A stretch of 64,000 nt of DNA from Eggerthellaceae bacterium (GTDB lineage Bacteria > Actinomycetota > Coriobacteriia > Coriobacteriales > Eggerthellaceae), in NCBI GenBank assembly GCA_051878795.1, contig JBJEKU010000010.1, positions 13,231-77,230 on the forward strand, given 5' to 3'. Below the pieces are notes generated by a model, which was not told where the DNA came from, made no database searches, and was given only the letters and a program-made list of their open reading frames with translations. The position numbers and the translations under genes are program-made. Below, piece by piece: positions 22,943-31,047 of the stretch. Each line of letters begins with the position of its first letter. The first letter of the stretch is position 1.

Positions 22943-24181
22943 ATGGGTGATACCTTTGATCGGAAGCTTGCCAAGTACGCCCGTCTGGCGGTGGAGACGG
23001 GCTGCAATCTGCAGCCCGGACAGGAGCTGTACGTTTCTGCGGATGTGACGCAGGTACAGCTGGTGCGCCATGTGGTGCGCTGCGCATACGAGGCGGGCGC
23101 TTCTAATGTGCATGTGCAGTGGGCGGACGAAGTGATCGGCCGCATGCATTACGATTACAAGCCTGCTGAATCGTTCAGCGAATTCCCCGAATGGCGGGCG
23201 ATGCTGCTCAACGGTACCGCCAAGCGCGGAGCGGCAGCGTTGTTCATCAGCAGCGAGGACCCGCAGATCATGGCCGGTGTCGACCAGCAGAAGCTCACCA
23301 ATTGGGTGATTGCCAGCAATAAGGCCTGCCGCGATTGGCGTGATGGCATGGACTTCGGCAAGAACGTCTGGTGCATCATCGGGGCAGCAAGCCCTGCGTG
23401 GGCGCGCCAGGTCTTCCCCGGCATTCCCGAAGAAGAGGCGGTTGACAGGTTGTGGGATGCGATCTTGCACACGGCGCGCTGTGATGGCGAAGATCCTGCG
23501 GCAGCATGGAGCGACCACGAGAAGAGTTTCTATGAGCGCAAGGAATGGCTGAACGGGCAGCGCTTCGACGCACTGCATTACTCCAACAGCCTGGGGACCG
23601 ATATCACCATCGGCTTGACCGAAAAGCACGTGTGGGAAGGCGGCGGCGAGGTGACCGTGGACGGGCGCTTCTTCTTCCCGAACATGCCCACCGAAGAGAT
23701 CTTCACCACCCCCGACCGCAGGCGCGTGGAAGGTACCGTGGTGTCCAGCATGCCGCTGAACCACGACGGTGCGCTTGTGGAGGGTATCCGCATTACCTTC
23801 AGGGAGGGCCGTGCGGTGGAGTATTCCGCCGAAAGAGGCGGCGAGGTGCTGGCGCAGATCATCGAGACCGACGAGGGCTCGCATTACTTGGGCGAGATGG
23901 CGCTGGTTCCCAAGACCAGCCCCATCAAGCAGACGGGGATCCTGTTCCTGAACACGCTCTTCGATGAGAATGCGAGCTGCCATTTCGCTTTGGGCATGGG
24001 CTTTCCCGAATGCTACGAAGGCGGGCGCAAGATGAGCAAGGAAGAGCTGCTGCAGGTAGGCGTGAACGATTCGGCAACCCATGTGGACTTCATGCTGGGT
24101 ACCGAAGACCTCTCCATCGACGGCATCAAGGCGGACGGCACCCGCGTGCCCGTGTTCCGCAACGGGGACTGGGCCTTTTAA
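22943..24181 (+). CDS. M29-family aminopeptidase (AmpS/PepS type)
   Basis: KLAKYARLAVETGCNLQPGQEL, FPNMPTEEIFTTP, HFALGMGFPE, DSATHVDFML. Confidence 0.9.
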   Translation: MGDTFDRKLAKYARLAVETGCNLQPGQELYVSADVTQVQLVRHVVRCAYEAGASNVHVQWADEVIGRMHYDYKPAESFSEFPEWRAMLLNGTAKRGAAALFISSEDPQIMAGVDQQKLTNWVIASNKACRDWRDGMDFGKNVWCIIGAASPAWARQVFPGIPEEEAVDRLWDAILHTARCDGEDPAAAWSDHEKSFYERKEWLNGQRFDALHYSNSLGTDITIGLTEKHVWEGGGEVTVDGRFFFPNMPTEEIFTTPDRRRVEGTVVSSMPLNHDGALVEGIRITFREGRAVEYSAERGGEVLAQIIETDEGSHYLGEMALVPKTSPIKQTGILFLNTLFDENASCHFALGMGFPECYEGGRKMSKEELLQVGVNDSATHVDFMLGTEDLSIDGIKADGTRVPVFRNGDWAF

Positions 24182-24358
24182 CCGAATGGGCATCGATCTG
24201 GCGGAGTCCTGGAAACGGGACTCCGCTTTTCGTTTCGATGCGCAATATCAACAAAGCGGTGATGAAAAGGCATTCTGCCTGCTTGCGTGGGGTACAATCT
24301 GCCAATGGATTGCATGGTGGGGCGCAAGACCGGCCCTGCCGTTCGGAAGGAGTGGCTC

Positions 24359-25687
24359 ATGGGCCTCATTAAAGCGATTACCGGTGCCACAGGCGGCGTT
24401 CTTGCCGACCAGTGGAAGGAAATGATCTACTGCGACGCTATCCCCGCAGATACTCTGATGGTGAAGGGCCAGAAGCGCGTTTCCGGCCGCAGCAGCAATA
24501 CCAAGGCGTCCGATAATATCATCACAAATGGATCCGCGATCGTGGTCAACGACGGTCAGGCGATGATCATCGTCGACCAGGGCAAGGTCGTCGAGTTCTG
24601 CGCGGAGCCCGGCCAGTTCACCTACAACAGCTCTTCCGAGCCCTCTATCTTCACCGGTGACCTGGAACAGGGCATCAGGGATTCCATCGCGCGTGTGGGC
24701 GAGCGATTCGGCTTCGGCGGCGATACCGGCCACGACCAGCGCGTGTATTACTTCAACATCAAGGAAATCGTCGACAACAAGTACGGCACCCCCACTCCCG
24801 TGCCCTTCCGTGTCATCGACAGGAACATCGGTCTGGATGTGGATATTTCGGTGCGCTGCAACGGCGTGTACTCCTACAAGATCGTCGACCCCGTGCTGTT
24901 CTACACCGAGCTGTGCGGAAACGTATCCGATCGCTATATGCGCAGCGAAATCGAAGGCCAGATGAAGTCCGAGCTGCTCACGGCGCTGCAGCCCGCTTTC
25001 GCCGTGGTATCCGCGGCTGGCGTGCGCTATAGCGAGATTCCCGCTCACACCATCGAGCTGTGCGATGCGCTCAACGATGTCCTTTCCGAGAAGTGGACCC
25101 GCCTGCGCGGCATCAAGATTGTCAGCTTCGGCGTGAATTCCATCGCGGCGAGCGAAGAAGATCAGCAGATGATCAAGGACCTGCAGAAGAGCGCTACCAT
25201 GCGCGACCCCAGGATGGCGGCAGCGGTGCTGACCGGCGCCCAGGCAGACGCGATGCGCACTGCGGCAGCCAACGAAGGTGGCGCCATGACCGGTTTCATG
25301 GGCATGGGTATGGCGGCCGGAGCTGTTGGTAACCAGGCTGCGAACCTGTATGCCATGGGCGAACAGTCCGTTCCCGCCCCGGTTGCGGCTTCTGCTCCCG
25401 CGCCTGCGCCTGCTGCGGGTGGTTGGACTTGCGAGTGCGGAAGGGTTTGCACCGGCAAGTTCTGCCAGGAATGCGGCAAGCCCAAGCCCGAGCCTGCCGG
25501 CTGGACCTGTGCATGCGGTACTGCGTGCACCGGCAAGTTCTGCCCGGAATGCGGTTCTCCCAAGCCCGTTGCGGCGCGTCGGTACAAGTGCAGCAACTGC
25601 GGATGGATTCCCGAGGATCCTGCGAACCCGCCTAAGTTCTGCCCCCAGTGCGGCGACCGTTTCGACGAAGGGGATGCGGTAAGCTAG
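24359..25687 (+). CDS. SPFH/band-7 domain protein with C-terminal zinc ribbons (COG4260/YdjI-like)
   Basis: Start at MGLIKAITGATGG after GGAAGGAG, then an SPFH core. The C-terminus has GWTCECG..CTGKFCQECG, GWTCACG..CTGKFCPECG and YKCSNCG...FCPQCG. Confidence 0.85.
   Translation: MGLIKAITGATGGVLADQWKEMIYCDAIPADTLMVKGQKRVSGRSSNTKASDNIITNGSAIVVNDGQAMIIVDQGKVVEFCAEPGQFTYNSSSEPSIFTGDLEQGIRDSIARVGERFGFGGDTGHDQRVYYFNIKEIVDNKYGTPTPVPFRVIDRNIGLDVDISVRCNGVYSYKIVDPVLFYTELCGNVSDRYMRSEIEGQMKSELLTALQPAFAVVSAAGVRYSEIPAHTIELCDALNDVLSEKWTRLRGIKIVSFGVNSIAASEEDQQMIKDLQKSATMRDPRMAAAVLTGAQADAMRTAAANEGGAMTGFMGMGMAAGAVGNQAANLYAMGEQSVPAPVAASAPAPAPAAGGWTCECGRVCTGKFCQECGKPKPEPAGWTCACGTACTGKFCPECGSPKPVAARRYKCSNCGWIPEDPANPPKFCPQCGDRFDEGDAVS
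25421..25576 (+). repeat. Intragenic tandem duplication (2 x 78 nt) encoding the zinc-ribbon unit
   Basis: Unit 1 (25421-25498) and unit 2 (25499-25576) align codon for codon (GGTTGGACTTGCGAGTGCGG... versus GGCTGGACCTGTGCATGCGG...; both contain TGCACCGGCAAGTTCTGCC). Confidence 0.8.
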
Positions 25688-25726
25688 GCGCTTGCGCGTG
25701 CGCTTCCGATATCTGCATCAAGCCAA

Positions 25727-25761
25727 CGACCCGGGATTGTTCCCGGGCCGTTTTGTTGTTT
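25727..25761 (+). terminator. Rho-independent terminator after the SPFH gene
   Basis: CGACCCGGGA-TTGT-TCCCGGGCCG hairpin (one mismatch) followed by TTTTGTTGTTT. Confidence 0.6.
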
Positions 25762-25803
25762 GGGACGATGATGATGGGCTGAAAGCTTCGATGTGGATTG
25801 GAA

Positions 25804-27030
25804 TCAGTAATTCAGTCCAAAAGCCCAAAGGGGTATCACGTTTTCGCATCCGTATTCGATGCCGTCTCTGATCACATAGCCGTTTTCGATATCCCTAATC
25901 TGCGCTTGCCCCTTTCCAGGGCCGCCAACCTCGAATGTGCATTTTCCGATTGTGAAGTCCGATGCTTTCGATGCGGTGACTAGATGGTTCACTCTCATTT
26001 GGTTGAAGAAGAAGGTTTCCCTGACGGTGCCTGCGCTGCAGTTCTCGCATAGATTGAACAGAATGTTGGGATTGTCAAGGAACACCTTCTCGGGTTTCCC
26101 CAATGCGCCTAGTCCGCTGGCTCCTGTTCGCAAAAGGGCGATCATCCCAGCCTTCTCCATGTATACAAGGTAGTCTTCGACGCTATTCCTACTGATTTGG
26201 ATTTGCTTTGCCAGATTGCTGATGTTCGGTTTGAAGGGCACGAGTTCGCTGATCACAACCATTAGTTTGAGCAATTTGCGTCCAGTAGACATGTTCATTT
26301 GGGCGTATGATGGGATGTCCTGTTCGAGGGTTCGGGTGATAACCTGCCTCAGTTTCATTGCGAAATCCGGATCTGCTCCAAATGGGTAATAACCCGATTG
26401 AAGGTATTCCTCGAAAAGAGGGAGCGGGTGGTCGACTTCCGGGATGGAAACTTTGTTTTCGAGAATCTGATCAAGCGTCAGGATCGGTGCGTCGATGTCG
26501 TAACGAATCTTGAGAAACTCACGGAAGGAGAGGCCTTGCATGAGGTATCGGGGGGCGCGACGGGATAGGTCTGCTTCGCCTTTTTCGATATCGAGAACCG
26601 ACGAGCCGGTGAAGTAGACGTGCATGTTGGGATATGCGTCATAGATATTCTTCAGTTCACGGGACCATTGCGGGTATTTATGCACCTCATCGATGAAAAG
26701 ATATCTTCCGCCATGCTTATAGAATGCATCGGCTGCATCCACAAGCGTATGCGTAGTGAAGAACAGGTGGTCTGCTGTTACATAGAGCGCTTCGCCTTTG
26801 CTGTGGGTGTCGCGGATCCGTTGCAGGAAGAGCGTCGTTTTTCCGACACCGCGCGGACCGACTAATGCGAGCATTCGGTTGTTCCAGTCGATACGATTGT
26901 ATTGGTACCGCTTGAAATCGAATCTCATATGTGCGAGTTGGTTTTCCATGTATTCGTAAAGTGATTCCATAGCTACCTGTTTCTTCGGGGTATCGAGTGA
27001 AATGCTGTCGACACGAGCTGATAGATCCAT
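25804..27030 (-). CDS. AAA+ ATPase of the AAA_14 + DUF4143 (COG1373) family
   Basis: Walker A GPRGVGKTT, Walker B YLFIDEVHKY, and a C-terminal DUF4143-like tail (SDFTIGKCTFEVGGPGKG). The start is uncertain: ATG 27030 (MDLSAR), ATG 26970 (MESLYEY, which I slightly prefer), or the track start at 27102. Confidence 0.8.
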   Translation of the reverse strand: MDLSARVDSISLDTPKKQVAMESLYEYMENQLAHMRFDFKRYQYNRIDWNNRMLALVGPRGVGKTTLFLQRIRDTHSKGEALYVTADHLFFTTHTLVDAADAFYKHGGRYLFIDEVHKYPQWSRELKNIYDAYPNMHVYFTGSSVLDIEKGEADLSRRAPRYLMQGLSFREFLKIRYDIDAPILTLDQILENKVSIPEVDHPLPLFEEYLQSGYYPFGADPDFAMKLRQVITRTLEQDIPSYAQMNMSTGRKLLKLMVVISELVPFKPNISNLAKQIQISRNSVEDYLVYMEKAGMIALLRTGASGLGALGKPEKVFLDNPNILFNLCENCSAGTVRETFFFNQMRVNHLVTASKASDFTIGKCTFEVGGPGKGQAQIRDIENGYVIRDGIEYGCENVIPLWAFGLNY

Positions 27031-27032
27031 TA

Positions 27033-27115
27033 TTGCACTATAATAGTGCAATAATTCTATAAAATTGCTCACAAATAGAGCAATAAATGGCAAAAAATGC
27101 ACAATAATAGTGCAA
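27033..27115. promoter_or_regulatory. Array of three phased 19-bp inverted repeats (putative operators) containing -10-like ATAATA spacers
   Basis: TTGCAC-TATAATA-GTGCAA (27033-27051), TTGCTC-ACAAATA-GAGCAA (27065-27083) and ATGCAC-AATAATA-GTGCAA (27097-27115). Their centres are exactly 32 bp apart. Confidence 0.55.
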
Positions 27116-27372
27116 AACAGTAACGATGAACTCTCTTTTGGAAGATCACCGAGTAAGTCTGAAGGTCGGGGATGCTTCTCCAGTAAGCCCTCTTTTGCCT
27201 ATCGGTCATCTTTCTCAAAGTGTTTGATTTACGTTAGGGAAGCGCAATCGATGGGCTTCCCAAGGGAATTTCTCCTTGTATGAGGGTGGTTTTTCTTGGT
27301 GATTCCTTTATCGATCATACTGTTTGACGGGGCGAGTTCTGCTGTCCTTGCTTGAAGTCTGATTACCATGAG

Positions 27373-28848
27373 ATGGGAGCCAAAGTGTCGAACAGTGTGG
27401 ATTCTGGATATCAATTCGTTGACCTCTCATCTGCAGAGGCTATTGAAAAACATGCGGAGAAGCTTCAGGGGATGACCTTTCGCGAGGTAATTGATTTGGG
27501 AATCGTTCCTGAAGGAGTGTCTCGCGAATACAACAGTAAGCGCTATAAGGGCGGGATGGGAACCTTGATTGAGGAGCGCTTCTTTGGTTACAAGGCGAAT
27601 AGCGTTCAAGGGCCTGACTTCGAGGAAGCTGGCGTGGAACTGAAAGTGAGCTGCTTCGACGTCAAGAAAGATGGTGGCATTGCGGCAGGCGAACGTTTGG
27701 TTCTGACCATGATTCCGTTCGATAGCCCTATTGAGGATGACTTCTATGAGTCTCACGTATGGGAGAAGAGTGCGAATATCATGCTCGTGTATTACGAACG
27801 TAATCGAGACATCGACTCTTACGACCAGGTTATCAGGTATACATCGTTATTCACTCCGCCTGCGGAAGACTTGAAGATCATTGAAGACGATTACAAGAAA
27901 ATCGTTCGGCTCATTCAAGAAGGTCACGCTGAAGAACTCTCTGAGAGTATGACCACGTATCTTGGTGCGTGTACGAAGGGGTCAACTGCTGCGACCATGT
28001 GGGTCGATCAATTCTATCCTCCTCATTCCAAAGCAAAGAAGCGAGCCTTCTGTTTTAAGCGGCAGTATATGGATTTCGTCCTCCATCACTACATCATGAA
28101 GGAAGCCAGCGACTCGGAAGCGATTCTGTCAAGTGCCGAAGAGCTATCCGAGATGTCCTTTGAAGAATTGGTTCTTTCGAAGATCGACTCTTACGTGGGA
28201 AAGAGCGACCGAGAGCTTTCCCATGAACTTGGAATAACTTATTCGGGTAACAAGGCGCAGTGGACGAGGATTACTTTTGCCATGCTTGGCTTGAAAGGGA
28301 ATAAGGCGGAAGAGTTCGAGAAGGCGAACATCTCTGTTCGTACGGTTCGCGAAGAGGAATCCGGAAGGATACGTGAGTCGCTTTCCCTGAACACGATAAG
28401 CTTTTTGGATTTGGTGGATGAAGAATGGGAAGAGGCTCCACTTCACGAATACTTTGAGGAAACAAGATTCTTGTTCGTCGTTTTCAGAAAGCAAGGAGGT
28501 GAGTATGTCCTTTCTGGCGCACGATTCTGGTCGATGCCTCAAGAGCATATCGATGGGCCTCTGCGCGATTGCTGGCAGAGAACCCAGAACATTGTAAGGA
28601 CCGGGGTCGAACTTGCCGTGGTTCCTTTCGGTGATTCCGACCGCGTTGAGAACAATCTTCCAAAGAAGAGCGACAATCCCGTTGCTCACGTGCGACCGCA
28701 TACGTCGAAGGCTTGGTATCGCTTCGAGGACGGCTCAACGAGGGGCCACTCTCCCCAATTCGGGGATGAGCTTCCTGATGGACGTGAAATGACCAAGCAG
28801 AGCTTCTGGCTGAACAACGACTACATTCACTCGATTATCAGCTCGTAG
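27373..28848 (+). CDS. Type II restriction endonuclease, Sau3AI/MutH family (probably GATC-specific)
   Basis: Similarity to my recollection of Sau3AI runs along the whole length: GVELKVSCF...GERLVLTMI, EGHAEELSESMTTYLGACTKGS, KAKKRAFCFK, EETRFLFVVF, FWSMPQEHIDGPL, HVRPHT, MTKQSFWLNNDYI. The start is uncertain (TTG 27352, ATG 27373 or GTG 27385). Confidence 0.85.
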   Translation: MGAKVSNSVDSGYQFVDLSSAEAIEKHAEKLQGMTFREVIDLGIVPEGVSREYNSKRYKGGMGTLIEERFFGYKANSVQGPDFEEAGVELKVSCFDVKKDGGIAAGERLVLTMIPFDSPIEDDFYESHVWEKSANIMLVYYERNRDIDSYDQVIRYTSLFTPPAEDLKIIEDDYKKIVRLIQEGHAEELSESMTTYLGACTKGSTAATMWVDQFYPPHSKAKKRAFCFKRQYMDFVLHHYIMKEASDSEAILSSAEELSEMSFEELVLSKIDSYVGKSDRELSHELGITYSGNKAQWTRITFAMLGLKGNKAEEFEKANISVRTVREEESGRIRESLSLNTISFLDLVDEEWEEAPLHEYFEETRFLFVVFRKQGGEYVLSGARFWSMPQEHIDGPLRDCWQRTQNIVRTGVELAVVPFGDSDRVENNLPKKSDNPVAHVRPHTSKAWYRFEDGSTRGHSPQFGDELPDGREMTKQSFWLNNDYIHSIISS

Positions 28849-28950
28849 TGAAGAGTCCCTCCATTGGGACGATGGATATCGATCTTTCGGACTTCGATCG
28901 GATACAATGCACAGAGGAAAAGTGGAGCACACAGCAGCGATTGGAGAAAC

Positions 28951-30216
28951 GTGAGCTCAAAAATCAAGGTTGCCGAGCTTTTTGCCGGCGTTGGCGGTTT
29001 TCGCCTTGGATTAGAAGGATATTCGAACCCTGGTCATCCCGAATTCGAAATGGAGCCCGCTGGGCCGTTCCAGACGGTCTGGGCGAATCAGTGGGAGCCT
29101 CCTGGAACAGAAAGACGCCAGTTTGCGGCGCGTTGCTATAAGGAGCGCTTTGGCGAGAAAGAGCTCGTGGTCGAGGATATCAACAAGGTGCTTGACCAGT
29201 ACGAAGCGGGGGAAATCGACATTCCCGATGTTGACATGGTTGTCGGTGGCTTTCCCTGTCAGGATTATTCGGTAGCGAAATCCCTCTCAAACGCTCGCGG
29301 CATCGAAGGCAAGAAGGGTGTTCTTTGGTGGGATATCGAACGCTTCCTTGCCTTGAAGCAGCCTCGTTTTGTTCTTCTGGAAAATGTGGACCGATTACTG
29401 AAGAGTCCTGCTTCGCAAAGAGGTCGTGATTTTGCGATTATGCTTTCTTGCCTGTGCAATCTTGGATATGCGGTTGAGTGGCATGTGGTGAACAGTGCTG
29501 AGTATGGCTTCAGTCAGCGCCGAAAGCGTGTATATATCTATGCGGAGCGTACTGAGGAGAAATGGAATCTGAAGGAGAGGATAGATTACGGGGTGCTTGC
29601 AAGAGCGCTTCCCATCGAATCTCCTTCGCAGACAACGCTCTTCGGTATTTCGAAAGACCCCTATGAGGTTTCACAGCATTTTGGCGAAGGCTTGAAGAAA
29701 TCGCCTTTCGAAACCGGGGGAGTATGCCAGAACCATGAGGTTGTCACCTATCAGGTTGTGGAGAGGTACGGCGGTAAGCGAATGACCCTAGGTGATGTCC
29801 TTGTCAGCGAGATGGAAGTACCGGGTTCATTCTATATTTCAGAAGATCAGCTTGAGAAATGGGAATACCTAAAAGGCGGTAAGCGAGAAAAAAGGGTCAA
29901 CAAGAAGACAGGTTATGAGTATTACTACTCAGAGGGGTCTATGGCTTTTCCCGATGCAACCGATAAGCCGTCCCGAACTATATTAACAGGGGAGGGGGGT
30001 TCTGGTCCTTCGCGCTTCAAACATGTGATCAAAACGGAAAACGGCAGATATCGCAGGCTTGTGCCTGATGAGTTGGACCAGTTGCAAGGTTTCCCCAAGG
30101 GTTGGACGAATACCGGCATGACTGATGGGAATCGTGCTTTCTGCATGGGCAATGCGCTGGTAGTGGGAGTGCCCCATTTAATCGGATGCGAGATTGCAAA
30201 GCAGCTGCGGGGGTAG
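28951..30216 (+). CDS. DNA (cytosine-5)-methyltransferase
   Basis: Motif I FAGVGGF, motif IV GGFPCQDYS, motif VI ENV, motif VIII QRRKRVYIY, motif X GNALVVGV. I chose GTG 28951, 4 nt after GGAG. The track start TTG 28864 is the alternative. Confidence 0.9.
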   Translation: MSSKIKVAELFAGVGGFRLGLEGYSNPGHPEFEMEPAGPFQTVWANQWEPPGTERRQFAARCYKERFGEKELVVEDINKVLDQYEAGEIDIPDVDMVVGGFPCQDYSVAKSLSNARGIEGKKGVLWWDIERFLALKQPRFVLLENVDRLLKSPASQRGRDFAIMLSCLCNLGYAVEWHVVNSAEYGFSQRRKRVYIYAERTEEKWNLKERIDYGVLARALPIESPSQTTLFGISKDPYEVSQHFGEGLKKSPFETGGVCQNHEVVTYQVVERYGGKRMTLGDVLVSEMEVPGSFYISEDQLEKWEYLKGGKREKRVNKKTGYEYYYSEGSMAFPDATDKPSRTILTGEGGSGPSRFKHVIKTENGRYRRLVPDELDQLQGFPKGWTNTGMTDGNRAFCMGNALVVGVPHLIGCEIAKQLRG

Positions 30217-30351
30217 CACCATCAATCAGCAATGCAGTTTAGCCTCCATACATGGTGAAAAACGTATATGGTCTATTGAAGCCGGTAATGCAGGTTCTAT
30301 TCAATAAGTTCAGGAGGTCTACGGAATCAGGGAAAGGAATAGGAGGGTGAG

Positions 30352-30957
30352 ATGGATGCTTTTGAAAAAGGAAGTAACCCAAGAGCGGAAGATGAGAATG
30401 GGCTTCCTCAGCCTCAAGAATACGATAAGCCTCTTGTTACGGCCTTTGATTATTATTCCGATGAGTACTCTGAGGCTGCAACGCTTGATGAAGCAATAGA
30501 AATGAGGGGCTTCAAGGCGATGCTCGAAGATGTAGTCCCGGGAGATTTCGATAATCCTTCGACTGATATGGAGAAGCGTGGGGTTGTTGAACTCTGGGCG
30601 GATTATCTCTGGAAGGTATCCGATACTCGCGATGTCGATGGAGAGCGGCTTGCGGATAGCGTTAATGAGGGAGACTGGCTGAAGGTTGATATTGATGACA
30701 CCGAAGAGTATGGACCAGATTTCCTGTTTTCCACTTTGGACGATAAGCGCCTTCCGTTTTCTGCCTACCGTGATTACGACGACAGATTCCTATGCAAGGA
30801 GTTCGAAAAGCTTGAGGGTGGGCAGAGGCTGATACTTCGAGTTCGGGAGAAGATATGCTTTGGTGGGACTTGCGCGCCTCATGATCCGGATACGAATTGG
30901 CATATTTACACATGCAAAGCCGACGTATACAGAATCTCAGAGAAATCTGAAGGGTAA
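30352..30957 (+). CDS. Hypothetical, strongly acidic 201-aa protein
   Basis: Strong RBS AGGAGGGTGAG before the ATG, and the same AT-rich codon style as the R-M genes. By hand count there are about 49 D/E against about 24 K/R. No family recognised. Confidence 0.6.
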   Translation: MDAFEKGSNPRAEDENGLPQPQEYDKPLVTAFDYYSDEYSEAATLDEAIEMRGFKAMLEDVVPGDFDNPSTDMEKRGVVELWADYLWKVSDTRDVDGERLADSVNEGDWLKVDIDDTEEYGPDFLFSTLDDKRLPFSAYRDYDDRFLCKEFEKLEGGQRLILRVREKICFGGTCAPHDPDTNWHIYTCKADVYRISEKSEG

Positions 30958-31010
30958 TTTGAATTTTCCCTGACGTTTCGAGCGCTGGAAAATGACAGCT
31001 TTTGTTAATG

Positions 31011-31047
31011 AATCAAAAGCAGGGGCCCGGAATGACCGGACCCCTGC
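31011..31047 (-). terminator. Rho-independent terminator of the UPF0210 gene (minus strand)
   Basis: GCAGGGGCCCGG / CCGGACCCCTGC hairpin. On the minus strand it is followed by TTTTGATT. Confidence 0.6.

Noticed and set aside
22928-24193. 421-aa minus-strand ORF, the same length as the aminopeptidase ORF.
   Set aside because: It is an exact antisense mirror of the M29 aminopeptidase gene, which carries the family motifs. This is a shadow ORF.
27065-27414. Small ORFs (27065..27283 plus strand, 27229..27414 minus strand) in the ATPase / R-M intergenic region; I considered them as possible regulators that bind the palindromes.
   Set aside because: They show no RBS, no HTH pattern, and either a TTG start or odd composition. 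They run through the palindromic array itself.
28848-29141. 97-aa ORF bridging the REase stop and the MTase start; I considered it as a possible controller (C) protein.
   Set aside because: It has no HTH-like sequence and overlaps MTase motif I in another frame. Its ATG directly overlaps the REase stop but has no RBS.
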